DNA from: Octopus sinensis
Lineage: Eukaryota
Assembly (NCBI RefSeq): GCF_006345805.1
Contig: NC_042998.1
Coordinates: forward strand, 125,302,001 to 125,366,000
DNA: 64,000 nt
Reading direction: 5' to 3'
Shown here: in pieces, positions 1 through 13,292 of the stretch
Layout: each line of letters starts with the position of its first letter
Numbering within the stretch: position 1 is the stretch's first letter
Translations under genes and position numbers: made by a program
The notes under the pieces: model-generated
What the model saw: only the letters and a program-made list of their open reading frames with translations
Told to the model about the DNA's origin: nothing
Databases searched by the model: none

Positions 1-655
1 AAGAAGCCTAAAGGAGATTGGAGATTTAATGAACTCTTTATGATCGATTAGCAAGTCTTTCACATGCAAAAGCTCACATTATTAGACGTTATCTCAGGGC
101 AGGATTGGCAAAATTATTATAGCGTCATTTACGTTCTGAGTTCAAATCCCACTACGGTCAGTTTTTGCCTTTCATCTGTCCTGGGTCGATAAAATAAAGT
201 ATCAGTAGAGTACTGGGATCGATATAATCGACTGAGTCACTCTCTCTTAAACTGCTGGCCTTTTCTCTAAATTAGAGGCAATTATATTTGACGCACCGCA
301 GTTAATCTAAACACTGTAAATAAGTTATCTGTGAATTCCAATTGAAAATAAACAGAAAAAAAACGCGATGGTCATATTGAAATGTCTTTAATTGGTCTGC
401 AACTAAACTAAAACAAAATCAAGGTAAGCGCTTTGTCACAAGAGCGAGATGAAGAAAATAAGACAATAGTGATTTCTAAGGCCAGCAATAAAATTTGATA
501 GGAGGGAGCTTAGTAGATACCATCAATCCAAATACTTGATTGATTTTATCGACCTCGGAGGAATGAAAAAATAAAATGACCTCACAAGGTGAAGAATCGG
601 AAGAAATACTACAAGATATTTTCACCGACTCTTTAACGATTCTGCCAAAATTATA

Positions 656-1869
656 ATGTTTCAAAATTAGACACGAAGAAAATCTCAATGGAAACATTAA
701 AAACATGCAAAACTACACCTAATCGAACCCTTTAAATTGATAATCTTTTTGGAATTTCTCTTCCCAGTAACTAAGCTTTAATAACTTCCAACCGTCTGCT
801 TTAAATCTCGCCAAAAGCTTCTGTTCCACAGCAGTTCAAGAGCTCATATAAGCAATAGTTCTTGACCTTGTTCAGAAATCACTTGGGCATAAAGTAGACT
901 GTTGGTCAAATATTCATTTATTGCATTGCAGAAGGCAACAGTTTGTTTTTGTGGTTTAATTGATTAAATGAATTCCATTACATGTGTCTAATTTTGAAAC
1001 ATCCTATGTTGAGTGACGTCAATACTCTACTACAACTTACGACTCCGGTTACAATTTTTCTAATATTGAGAGCCGTCACTGATCAAATAGATGTATCAGA
1101 ACAATTTACTTAGTGATGAAAGATCTGTTAACTAGCACTACATTTTTAGCAATTAAACAACCTAATTTTTCAACGGTATAAATCACATACATGCAAATCA
1201 TACTACAAGAAGATATAGTTCACCACTGTAGGATTTCAATTCTAAGTTTTTATTTCTTTCGTGAGAAAATTAGTCTCGTGTCATATCTAGAAATAGATTT
1301 GTTCCACCGTTTAACACACAGAAATTTTTTTTAAAAACCCATCCGCAGATCGGCGCGTCCAGTTGCGTGTTTCCTGTATCACAAACTGTACGTAATATTT
1401 AACCAATACAAAGATAGTCAAAAACGATAGCGTGCTGGATCATATGCTTAATAGTATTTAATTTGTTATCTTTACGTTCTGAGTTCAAATCACATGAAAG
1501 CTGATTCTTTCATTACTCTGGATTCATCAAATCAAATACCAAAACATGTAATGGAATTCATTTAATCAATCAAACCACAAAAACAAACTGTTGCCTTCTG
1601 CAAAACAATAAATGAATATTTGACCAACACAGTCTATGCCCAAGTGATTTCTGAACAAGATCAAGAACTATTGCTTATATGAGCTCTTGAATTGATGCAG
1701 AACAGGAGCTTTTGGCGAGATTTAAAGCAGACGTTTGGAAGTTATTAAAGCTTAGTTATTGAGAAGAGAAATTCCAAAAAGATTATCAATTTAAAGGGTT
1801 CGATTAGGTGTGGTTTGCGTGTTTTTAATGTTTCGATTGAGATTTTCTTCGTGTCTAATTCTGAAACAT
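656..1869. repeat. Local inverted duplication: ~330-bp arms 656-985 and 1544-1869
   Basis: 1544-1869 is the reverse complement of 656-985 with scattered mismatches, e.g. aatcgaaccctttaaattgataatctttttggaatttctctt vs aagagaaattccaaaaagattatcaatttaaagggttcgatt. Confidence 0.9.
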
Positions 1870-4449
1870 ACTTTAAGGTGCCTGATAAAAGGAAAAGAAA
1901 AGGAAGACAGAGAGGAAGGGGAGGAAAAGGACTTACCGACCTACAAACAATATTTACTCTGAAAAGTAGACGCTCTAATGCACTCGAATATAGAACGAAA
2001 TATGGCTCCCAAAAGGATGGAAGGCAGAATCTAAGAAATCAAAGCTCTCCACATGAAATGAAATGAAATATTCAAGCTGAGTTCCATAAAACCAACTGAC
2101 CCCTTAAGATAATAATATCCCTAATAATGCTTAAAGTTTTCTCTCCTACTCCTCAAGAACCCACCAGCGAATATTGATATTTCGATTTCTGTTATGAAAC
2201 ATTTAATACCAAATAATTCGCCTCAAGCTTTTAATTCTTTTTACAAGTAATTAACAAGGATTTTCTTTTAAGAAAATTTCTCAACGTCAGAATGTGTTGT
2301 TTTTTACTTTATTTCCGCTTCTTTATACTTTCCAATCTAAATGCAAACTTGCAACCAATTAAGCAAGCCCTTCTCATCAATCGTCCGTCCATTATTACTT
2401 GCTATAATATTTGGGCTGGGACAAATTCGTTTGCTTTTTAAGTGGATTCTATGATTGAAAATTTCATTTATGCAATACAGCTGATTCTATTTCGCTTTAA
2501 CTTAGTTTTTCCTTTCGACTTGATTATTAAAACATTTTACGTCAGGCTGATTTTATTCGCCAAATTAGATTTCACTGAAGCTAAGATTACCACCACAAAC
2601 AACTAATAGTCGATAATTTAATTTACATAGCATCCAGCAGATTAAAATAAAACAAAAATGAAATGATAATAATAGCCAATTGCAGAAGCGAATTGGTTTT
2701 TATTCACAACAAATCAGGGGTACAAATGTACCGGAATAGTTTGTATTTCTGATTGCCTCAGTTTGCTTACTCGTTGAAAATAGACCCTAAGATTTCCTGG
2801 TAAAGTTATTGGCGATAGAAAAGTGCTCCATTTAAGAAAAGAGCTTTTTCTCAATTACTTAAAGCTACGAAAATTGGAATTAGGTTCCGGTTAATTTCTT
2901 TAAACAATAATGTTAACAGTGAGGTAAATTTTTAACTTTGTTTATGGGAATTATACAGCTTTGACTTATTATAGAGACAATTTATACATAAACGGAAGAC
3001 GTAAATATTTTTACATACAATGGTTACTCTTTCGTGATGAATGCAAACTCATTTAACGGGTGTTCAAAGAGATATAACAGATAATTGGCGGTGATGATAT
3101 CTCCTGTATACGCACTGATGTGGCTTTCTGATTTCTTCATGCGGGTTCACAGGAGAGCTCGAACTCAGCAGCCTAAGCTAACGAGTAGTCTTAGTAATGC
3201 CAACACTCGGAGTAGTGAGTTGTTTCTAAATGACGAAGAGTCTACAATATTGTTTCCATCACTGCAAGTCGCTAACGAATATTAATAACGTTGCACCTTA
3301 TCTCTTCGCCTAGTTGTTTCTATTCCACACTATTCTATTCCACTCCCAAAGAAAATATTAAACTCTTACTCTTGGGTTAGTCCGTGGGAAATACAGTGCT
3401 CGTGACCATTTTTAGTTCCTCCATGGCTAACAGGAGAAGGGAGTAAATTCTCAAACCGAGTACTTGCAACGCAGTGAACTCTTATAACGGCTCCTAAAGA
3501 CCAGGCGATGGTGTGAAACTTGGCGATGAAAAATGCTTTGGTACTTACTTAAAGGCTACAAGCATGGCCGAACGACTAAGCTCGCTTCGCAACCCTGAGA
3601 TCTTCATTCCACCTTTCATGTAACCCAAACATTTAGTTTGCTATGATGAAATCTGTAGGAATGCTTCATTGTTCAATAAAATTAGTTGTGAACAAAGAGT
3701 CTAACCACTTAAGTTAGACTCCTTGTCTCCGTTCTTTCAGCCTTCCTTTAACGCCTTCTTTCAATGTCTACTTCAAAACTCAATCCTGTTGATTTTGATG
3801 CCTCGTTACTAATACAGAGTAACAGAATAGCAGAATCACTACACCTATTCATCTTATTTCTTCCTGTTTCACCTTCTGTTTAATCGTTTAAACCAAACAT
3901 GTTTATTTTGTAATGCGTTTTCTGTTTCTTCTTTTAATCATCAAGTGTCGGTACCCATAGTGTAGGTTGAAGGATATGAATGACTGCATAAAGTTAATGT
4001 TTAATGCATAATCTGAATTCTTGTTGGTTGGTGGAGGAAATATAGGAAAAGAGGGTATGAGGGACAAGAGGAGAAAAGATGGGTGTTTTGATTGGGTTTC
4101 GATGGAAATCATATACTTGTAGCTAAGCTAGTTTTAAGGAATAGAGGCTGTTGTAGTGTTAGTTGAAAAAGCAATGAGGAAACGGAGCGTCTGTATCCTA
4201 ATAATAAATTGTTTTGGGAACAAGAATTTTCCAAATATTTTAATATCTTTCTTTGAATGTGGTCTTGGCTGTTTGTACGTGTAACATCAACATTAGCACA
4301 GTGCTTTGTCGTGAATCAGCATATAATCAGGAATAAAGTATTTTCTGCCCCTGAAGAGGACGGTTAGCCTTAAGGCAATATTGTTTGCTACGTCCTGAAT
4401 AGAGAGATAATCATAGAATTATGATTAATACAGTAAATATTGGCAGAGC

Positions 4450-5750
4450 GAGTGTACTTGTCGGTTTGAAACGACCGGGAGAATTTTTCGTATTTGTATG
4501 TGGCGATGATACTTGATGGGAGCCTTGTCAAGTTAGAAGCAGCTCAGGCAGCAAACCTAGAAGCTTTCTTTTCGAGGGTGCTACTGAGTTATCTTTAATG
4601 AGTGGTACGTAGAAGGATTCTGGAAAGTAAGTGGAGATCTTCTTGGTGGAGGACTAGGACTGGCTGCGAACAAAAAGGCAAGAAAAATTTCAGGCTATGC
4701 TGTGCAGGAACGCATCTTTTGCTTTACAAATGGTAGTTTTGCAGAAGTTGCTATGTAAAAGTTTCCCAGTTGTTTATCTTGTCCATTGAGTGTCTGTTGC
4801 AGCGCTACTCCGTATTAACTATTTGAGTGTTTGGGGTTAAATGTTGCGACTGTATGATGGACATGAAGAACATGTCTACGTAGACTGTTTCTACTAATTA
4901 AGCGGGTTGAAGTGTTGGGCAATGTGCAGATGTGTTGAATGGCTTTGATTAAGGAGTGATCAGAGGATTCCAATAAGTGCAGTAACATGGTAGTTTGAAT
5001 AAAGGCAAGGTCTGGAGGTAAGAGTGAGATCAAAAGTGTCTGGAATGTCTGTATGTCGGTCAGGAATGATACTGGTTGTTGCAGAGAATTCAGAATGGCA
5101 AAAGATCCAGCTTCCGCACCAAAAGCACAAGGGGTATGTGGAAGCAAAGACGTTAGATGTTTCGATGCAAGACCGGAGATAGTCAAACAGTTACTAGTTG
5201 ATGGAGGGCAGTAATAGTGAGAGAACAAAAGGAATTACACACACACACAGGCGCTGCCTTTCAAAGCAATGTTTGAATGCAATTTTGTCTGGACAGCAGC
5301 TATGAGTTATAGGTAAACGATGGGAAATTCCATTCTCGAGCAATAACAGGACATGGAGCCTGTGCATTAGCAGGAAATAATGTGTGGGGTCTCATTATAC
5401 TCGAAATTCTCAGAAGTTCATAAGTAGGAAGTAAAATTGTCGAACTAGTATAGCTTTATATTTCATTTTCATTTCGAAGGATTGGACAAATAGCTTATAT
5501 CAGTCTGAGACATCATAAGTGGATGACGTGATGGAAAGTGATTGCATCAAGTAGTTAAAGTATGGGGTGTGCACCAGCAACAAGTTAGAGGAAGAGTGGC
5601 CGTTGCAATATGGGCGAGAACGGGATGGTAATCATAGTTTTCGCGAGTGAAAGCAATTGCTTTGATTAAGTTTGCATGGTTGTTTAATATACAAGCAAAA
5701 TTGGTGAACATCATATTACAAAGTTAAGCTTTCACCAAGTCACATAGGAT
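4450..5750 (-). mobile_element. Heavily decayed non-LTR retrotransposon fragment (RT C-terminus/RNase H-like)
   Basis: Minus-strand fragments LPHTPCAFGAEAGSFAILNSL (resembles the RNase H 'F.AE..AI..AL' motif) and YKLFVQSFE. Many stops and frameshifts; boundaries approximate. Confidence 0.35.
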
Positions 5751-7340
5751 AAAGGCGGAATACAGTCGAACGAATCAAACAAGTATTGGGTGGGATTTGA
5801 ACTCAGAACATATAAAAGTAACAAAGTACTGCAAGGTTAGAGGAAGGTATTATGTCTAGCACTCTACTGTTTGACCAACCTCGATTACTTCAGCAAACCA
5901 ACGAGGGAGTCTGTACGCGGTCGCTCTGCTGGTTAGAAAGGGCAGCCGAATTTCCTCAAATTACATTCTACTCTCTAAGAAAAAAGAAGTGGCTTGTAAT
6001 GTCATTTAAATCGGTTTTAATATTTGATACATTATCGATCCTGGAAATTTAAAATGTTAAAGTTCCTCCGGCTTGATTTGGATGCAGAAAGTAAAATAAT
6101 TATATATCTAAAAACCACTACATTTAGACCTCTTGATGTAGTAATAACAGCAATATGGTTTTCTAAAATATGTTGAGGCCATATATTTGGGGACTGTAGC
6201 CTATTAAATTTATTCTAGTAGTTATTCTTGTCTTACGGTTATTTTATAGACCCCGAAATAACAAAAGATAAAGTCGACCACGGCAAGATTTACTGATTCT
6301 GTCAACTTGCCTACCTAACAATGATAATGATTTTAGAGAGAAGCAAAACAAAAATCGAGAGTCGCTTTAAACTAGAGGTTCTCAATAATCCTCCGCGGCC
6401 CATTTAGGTAAATTAATAATCCTCTACGGTCCACTTTCATATCTAAATAAACAACGGGGTGCACTTACTATTTGATACTTCTGGAAATATTTCTCAATTT
6501 TTGTTTATCGTAAACGTACAGCAGCTCTTACGCTTCTGGCTTATTCTATTACTTATTCACGAGTATTTTACATTTTATCATTTATTTCAAAAGTAAAAGA
6601 TTTTGTCTTTGCGACCCTTTCTGAATTACATCGCAGCCAATAGATTAAAAACCGCTACTTTAAACAGAACTGAAAGGCTGGTTATCACGTCATTCCATTT
6701 ATAACCTATAAAGGATATACATATTCAAAAGAAATTCACAAGAATTCTGATTTCCAGATAGTGTTGGCTGTGATTAAAGAAACCAATATAGACCTATAAC
6801 ATTTCAAATCAATATAAACTTGCGTAAGTAATGTATACTTACTTTGATTCATTATGTAAGAGTGTAAGCTTCAAATGGAACATCACTGAAGGCTTCGCTT
6901 TCATATAATGATTACATACAAGCTAATGAAACTAGCTGCACAAGTTAATGAAACACTGTTCAATCATACAGTAGCCTCTTCTTTCCATAACAGCGAGTTG
7001 TTTCTCTCTATGGTACCGACTTACAAGAGATACTTGTGGTTGGTGAGAGTTAAATGCATTTACCAATGAGTAGCATAGACCGTGCCGGAACCAACTGCAA
7101 CTCGATTTATCAGATTTTTAAATATCAGAAACTGATGCTCTGTCATATTATATTAGGAGCAAGCGAATTGGCTTCAGTAGAGAATTGAAACCACGTCTCA
7201 GTTTCAGCTTACCTCTGCCCTATCTAATAAATACTGAAATATCTATTTTCAACAAAGACTGAACTCACATTTTATATTTTGTTTAACCTGCACAGACCTG
7301 CAGCACGAACGAAAGTTTTGCTTGTAAATATTAAGGTGCA

Positions 7341-7577
7341 AGAAGGCGGCGAGCTGGCAGAAACGTTAGTTAGCACGCCGGGCGAAATGCGTAGCCGTAT
7401 TTCGTCTGCCGTTACGTTCCGAGTTCAAATTCCGCTGAGGTCGACTTTGCCTTTCATCCTTTCGGGGTCGATACATTAAGTACCAGTTACGCACTGTGGT
7501 CGATGTAATCGACTTAATCCGTGTATCTGTCCTTGTTTGTCCCCTCTGTGTTTAGCCCCTTGTGGGTAGTAAAGAAA
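7341..7577 (+). mobile_element. tRNA-derived SINE, family A, full length with 16-bp TSD
   Basis: A-box-like gagctggcagaaacg, B-box gagttcaaattcc and body gcctttcatcctttcggggtcgat. Flanked by the direct repeat taaatattaaggtgca (7325-7340, 7578-7593). Related copies near 97-285, 32625-32790, 38421-38604, 45544-45755, 57915-58138, 63340-63545 and 63770-63940. Confidence 0.9.
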
Positions 7578-8870
7578 TAAATATTAAGGTGCAGATAAAA
7601 TGACATGTGGTACTTCGGTCTTTATACGTTCAACTCCTGCTGAGGTTGTGTTTATCTTTCATCTTTCCTGGGTCGATAAAATACAATATTGTGGTCGATA
7701 TAATTGACAATACCCTTTCCCCAAAATGGATATGTTGCGTTCATACTAGAAATGTATATACATCGGCTCACCACCACCACTACCCTCAAATGTAGAGGAA
7801 GAAAGAGTTAGTGGCTATGAGTAGAAAGTGTGATAAGCATGATCTTATATCCGGTTAGTGTGCTGATGGAATAGTAATGATAAGGTAGGAAGTGAAGGTG
7901 GAGAAAGAAATTATGATACTGAGTGTGTACAGCTGGAGATGGTTGGTTGTTTACTTGTTGCTGTCATGTATAGCATAAAACCTGAGATAAGAGAGGCAAG
8001 AGAAGTCACTAAAGTTACTTATAATACTTGGTAAGCAAGCTATAAATTGGCTGTTTTAAAGAGATGGGAAAATATCAGGGGATCAGCTAAAAATAATTAG
8101 TGTAGTCGTATAAAATATAGTTTTGTGAAACTCTTTCTATCTCTGAATGAAGGCTTGTGTAGCAAGAAAAAAAAAGTGACAAATAAAAGAATTAAAAGGA
8201 AGTTATTTTCAACAAACAACGAAGCAGTTAAGAAGCGTATCAGGGGAGGAAGGGAGAAAGTGTGTGTGTGTGTGTGTGTGTGTACATGTATAAATGTGTA
8301 CGCGTAGAGGTGGAAGGAAGTAATAGTAACAACAAACTAGAGATAGCAGGTCAGACAAAAAGCTCGAGGTTGTGAATATTTGGGACTTATTTTTCTTACA
8401 CTAACACTGCTGCAGTGACCGTAGATGATGAAGATAATGTATTCAGAATAATAAACATCTCACTGCTTGAAAGGAAATTAGTGAAAAGAAACGAATTAGC
8501 AATAGCAAAAAGGAACGAGTATAACACTTGAAAAGAAAAGACTTCAAAAGAACACGCTAAGATCATTTAGAAATAACATTGGATCATTGATAGTAGGTGT
8601 GTTTTCGTTTAATCTGCTTTCTGTCCAAACTTTTGGAATAACTAATTATTCTCCATATTTCTCTTAACTTTCTTTCATTCATTTCTTTTTTCTTTCTCCC
8701 TTTATTTTTTTCTTCAGTCATAAAATGTTCTATTGTGATCGTTGCTTCTTTATTTTCCTATACTGGTGATTTGTCTCACTAATGATGTCATTAATATCAG
8801 TTTGATGATTTTCATGATTATACACACACAATCACATACACGATACGCATAGTGGTATACAAACACATAC

Positions 8871-8905
8871 TGATCCAATGATCCAGTCTTCGCCGATGCA
8901 GACAT
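8871..8905 (-). CDS. Possible first coding exon (MSASAKTGSLD...) of an unidentified minus-strand gene
   Basis: ATG at 8905-8903 followed by 35 nt ending at a GTATGT donor. No homology recognised and no downstream exon identified. Confidence 0.25.
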
Positions 8906-9534
8906 GCTAATACTAAAAGAATAGCGGGTATTTGTTACACTCCTGGCAATAATAATTTTGCCTCGACCATTCGAATTCGAAGTAGGCGGTTTGGGGGTTA
9001 GTTTGTTTCTTGTCTTGTTTGTTTTGTATTTGTTGGTTTTTTTTTTGGTTTTTTTGGAGGAAGGGAATATGAAGACAGCGAAATATATCAACTGTTGTAA
9101 CGTACGAATTTAATATTCACAGTATATAAACTGATTGAATACGCATTCATAGCCCCTTTGAGGAGACAGAATTTCGACGATATTTTTAAACCTTCTTTAG
9201 CTAAAAGAAAGTATAGGGAAAATTCGGTGAGGTGATTCATGTTCATTTATGTTATTTCAGAAACAGCTGACTGCATTATCAGCTCATGGATTGCCAGATA
9301 AAATCCATTTCAGGTGATATGCGCCGTCACTGGACAGGTCAGTTTATCTCAGTTGCTTCGAGTTATGTTAGATATCTAGAATGGGTCTTAGAAAAATTCG
9401 TAGAAAATTACCGATGATAGAGAAAGTGGCATAGCTTAATAATAGATTTGTTTTGCCTTCAATTAACGGTACAGAAACAGGAGCTGAGTAACTAATTGCT
9501 TTTACTGAAAAATAGAAAATTCTGTAAACACTTA

Positions 9535-9572
<38 letters not shown>

Positions 9573-10842
9573 TTGGCGGGAAATGCAAATATGATTGCTT
9601 GAATTCCCGTGTGTGTACGCATAACTACAAATTGATGCCCTTTCACCATCGACTTTGTTACCTCAATTTTCTGAAATTGTTTATTTTTTAGTGAAATTTT
9701 GTAAAGTTACGTTTGGGAGTTTGTAAATTACAAATTATTTTGGCCAAGTTGAAAAAAAATTCTTTTAGTATTTCTGGAGTTTCGAATCATTCTCCCCTCC
9801 TTCTCATTTCATTATCTCATAACATTCTTTAAAATGCAGAAATGTTTTCGAGTCTGTATACTAATTAATGTTATTTCAATCATGTAAATAGATTTTAAAA
9901 ATTGAAAATGCTAAAGTTACGGAAATTTGTGGTCACAAACTTCAGGCAGGGATGTGGAGCACGAAAAATCTGAAACTCCTCCAATCTTTTAGAATTTTTT
10001 TTATCCTAAATTTTGTAAACATAATTGTAACCTTCACCCACGTAAACGTACCTCTGCAAGATTTCATTGAAAAGTACACATTATTCATTCAGGAAGATAT
10101 GCGAAAGCAATCGAGGCGTAAAACAATTTGTAGTTTTTGCGTGTGTGTTCGCATATTTGATAAACTTATGTTTATTTTCCCTGTGAATTTTAACCTCGTG
10201 GTTAAACATCAGTGCTTATGTAATACGTTAGCACCAGAAATACATCAGACTCGCGTTTTGACATGCGTATGTCTGTGTAGTACATCCCATAAAAGTTAAT
10301 ATCTACAGTGTAGATGCATTATGTTTACACACTTTACAATTAACTCGGAAACAGAATTCACGTAACAACACTAAAAAGTTTATCGTAAGAACAAATATTT
10401 AGCATAAAGCCAGACCCTTTACTCTGAAAATGAAGCGAATATAAATAGGCTCTCGTCGGTGAAGGGCTATGCTCGAAATAGACACTTCCACTTGACATGG
10501 TAAGCTACCTCCCCCTCCACCCATCTATTAATATTAGGTCACCCTATCACAGATGATCCCTGGTGAATAGTGCACATCATTAACATAGCAAAAATTTCGT
10601 TTCAAAGGCTGACCTTTCCCTTCGAGGGAAAAAAATACTTTTATCTCCTAACTACTAACCCTCTTACGAAGCTCTGACGAAACCCACAACAGCGTGATGC
10701 ACCCCCATCTTTTACGATGCTACACACACACACACACTCACACTCATTCATTCAGAAAAAGCCCACTCCAGAATCTGGCCCCCTGACATGCTATCTTCTC
10801 TACGCTTCTTCTTCCTCAATTACAGGGACTTCCGTCCCTCAG

Positions 10843-11688
10843 AGCCAGTTAGTAAGAGGTATGCAAGAGAGACGACTGTGCTGGTATGGGCATGTGTCGA
10901 GAATGGATGAGGACAGCTGTGTGAAAAAGTGCCACACCCTATCGGTTGAGGGAACCTGTGGAAGAGGTAGACCCAGGAAGACCTGGGATGAGGTGGTGAA
11001 GCACGACCTTCGAACACCAGGCCTCACCGAGGCAATGACTAGTGACCGAGACCTTTGGAAATATGCAGTGCGTGAGAAGACCCGGCAATCCAAGTGAGAC
11101 CATAACCCGTGGTCTATGCCAGGGATGTAACCAACCTTCTTATGCATACCTTTCCTTCATTGGGCACTAAACTCTGCTTGCGAAGACCTGTTGAAGCAAG
11201 TGAGATCGAAATCAAATCAAATTCGCAAATTCGATGACTGGCAACCGTGCCAGTGGAGCGCTAAGAGCACCATCCGAGCGTGATCACTGCCAGAGCAGCT
11301 GATTGGCTTCTGTGTCGGTGACACGTAAAAAGCACCATTCAAACGTGATCGTTACCAGCGTCACCTTACTGGCACTTGTGCCGGTGGCACGGGAAAAACA
11401 TACGAGTGAGGTCGTTGCCAGTACCGTGGACTGGCTCTTGTGCAGGTGGCACGTAAAAAAACACCACTTGAGCGTGGCCGTTGCCAGTACTGCCTGACTG
11501 GCCCTCGTGCCGGTGGCACGTAAAAGCACCCACTACACTCTGGGAGTAGTTGGCATTAGGAAGGGCATCCAGCTGTAGAAACTCTGCCAGATCAGACTGG
11601 AGCCTAGTGCAGCCATCTGGTTCGCCAGTCCTCAATCAAATTGTCCAACCTATGCTAGCATGGAAGGCAGACGTTAAACGATGATGAT
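10843..11688 (+). mobile_element. 3' end of an RTE-clade LINE (ORF C-terminus + 3' UTR + (GAT)n tail)
   Basis: RRLCWYGHVSRMDEDSCVKK...GRGRPRKTWDEVVKHDL...DRDLWK is the typical RTE ORF end. It is followed by a UTR with ~70-bp tandem units and ends gttaaacgatgatgat. Confidence 0.9.
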
Positions 11689-11698
11689 TATATATGTG

Positions 11699-11745
<47 letters not shown>

Positions 11746-11748
<3 letters not shown>

Positions 11749-11941
11749 GGTCCCAGGTTGAGTCGGGGTTAACCACAGTAAATAAGGTACTCAATACATA
11801 GCAGAGTAAATTAATTTATTATATAGAAGGAGCTTCTACAGGACTAGAACTGTTTCATTCAAAAGAAATCATCAGGAAGCTTCCTGATGATTTCTTTTGA
11901 ATGAAACAGTTCTAGTCCTGTAGAAGCTCCTTCTATATAAT

Positions 11942-11944
<3 letters not shown>
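11746..11944 (-). mobile_element. Truncated PLE pseudo-LTR fold-back in (TA)n: perfect 130-bp palindrome plus tail
   Basis: 11815-11944 is a perfect palindrome centred at 11879|11880. Extra tail at 11746-11814 and (TA)n on both sides. Contains a hammerhead. Confidence 0.8.
11878..11928. ncRNA. Type I hammerhead ribozyme (identical mirror copy on - at 11831-11881)
   Basis: agcttc-CUGAUGA-uuuc uuuu gaau-GAAA-cag uucuaguc cug-UA-gaagcu: stem I agcttc/gaagct, stem III acag/ctgt, GUA cleavage triplet at 11920-11922. Confidence 0.85.
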
Positions 11945-11996
<52 letters not shown>

Positions 11997-12205
11997 TTCT
12001 TTTACTTCTTTCAGTCATTTGACTGCGGTCAGAGTACTGCTGTAAAGAGTTTTAGTCGAAGAAATCCACCCTAGCACTTGTTCTTTATAAGCCTAGTACT
12101 TATTCTATCGGTCTTTTACCGAACCGCTAGGTTACGGGGACGTAAACACACCAATATCGGGTGTCAAGCGATGGTGGCGGAGGACAAACATAGACACAAA
12201 CACAT
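11997..12205 (-). mobile_element. SINE family B, 3' part
   Basis: Reverse complement matches the 3' half of the 24475-24860 element (ttcagtcatttgactgcgg, tacttattctatcggtct, gaaccgcta). Confidence 0.75.
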
Positions 12206-12431
12206 AAAATATATAAACTAGTAGTTATTTCATCGACCTCGGCGGAATTTGAACGTAAAGACAGGTGAAATACTGCAAAGTGCTTTGTGCTAACAATTCT
12301 GGCAACTTAAAAGTTAATATCGTGATGTCACAATATACATTTATCATAGGCTAATTAAAGTTTTTCCAGCTAAATTTTTATCTTGGCTAAATCTGCTAAA
12401 TAGTCAGTCAGTCATTAATTGTTTTATTTTA

Positions 12432-12498
<67 letters not shown>

Positions 12499-12935
12499 AC
12501 TCTCTCCTCCACCACAAATCTCCCAGCAAGAGCAACATCCTAATTAGTATTCTCAAGCTGGTCAATTAGTTTGTAGTTAGCTAGTATAAAAATGTACAGA
12601 GAGAGACTGCCTACTACAATGAACAGATTTCTTGCCGCACTCTTGCCGTGTCATACTTTTCGTCCAAAATAAAATTAATTTCTCACCCATTCCTCCACAT
12701 ACACTCACTCACTCACTCGCTTACTCAGTCTACAGCCGTAACCATAACAACACACTGACATTTGAACTGAAGTTTCATATATCCTGGTTCTTGTTTTAAT
12801 ATACAAATGTTTTACTATTTATTTCTATTAAACTTTGGAATGATGAAAGTCAATGCTGGGCATTGCACGTTTTAAACTAGGAAACCTCATCCTATCATAT
12901 CAACAAATTGTAATCCCCTGAATATTCTCACGCAG

Positions 12936-12979
<44 letters not shown>

Positions 12980-13292
12980 ATAATATTAGGGAGTATATCC
13001 AAACTTACAGGGAAAACTAGATTTAGGATTAAATCAAATTTCACAGTATAAATATAAATTAAATTAAGAGATAAAACCACTATTAGGCAACGCAAACAGT
13101 GATAGACATAAACCAAAACATAAAAACCAAAAAATAAATATAATATATATATTTAAAATTTTTTTAATTTAAATTTTATATTTTATATATATATTATATA
13201 TATTATATTTATTTTTTGTTTTTTATGTTTTGGTTTATGTCTATCACTGTTTGAGTTGCCTAATAGTGGTTTTATCTCTAATTTAATTTATA
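12980..13292 (-). mobile_element. Fold-back element in (TA)n (about 95-bp inverted arms plus tail), probably a PLE end fragment without a ribozyme
   Basis: agagataaaaccactattaggcaacgcaaacagtgatagacataaacc (~13068-13115) is mirrored by ggtttatgtctatcactgtttgagttgcctaatagtggttttatctct (~13232-13279). It has an AT-rich centre, a one-sided tail and (TA)n flanks. Confidence 0.6.

Noticed and set aside
4345-4405. ctgaaga-ggacg...cgtcc as a hammerhead
   Set aside because: It is followed by tgaat rather than GAAA, and no stem I or III can be formed.
11290-11535. CRISPR-like repeat-spacer array
   Set aside because: The 'spacers' are homologous to each other, the context is a eukaryotic RTE 3' UTR, and there are no cas genes.
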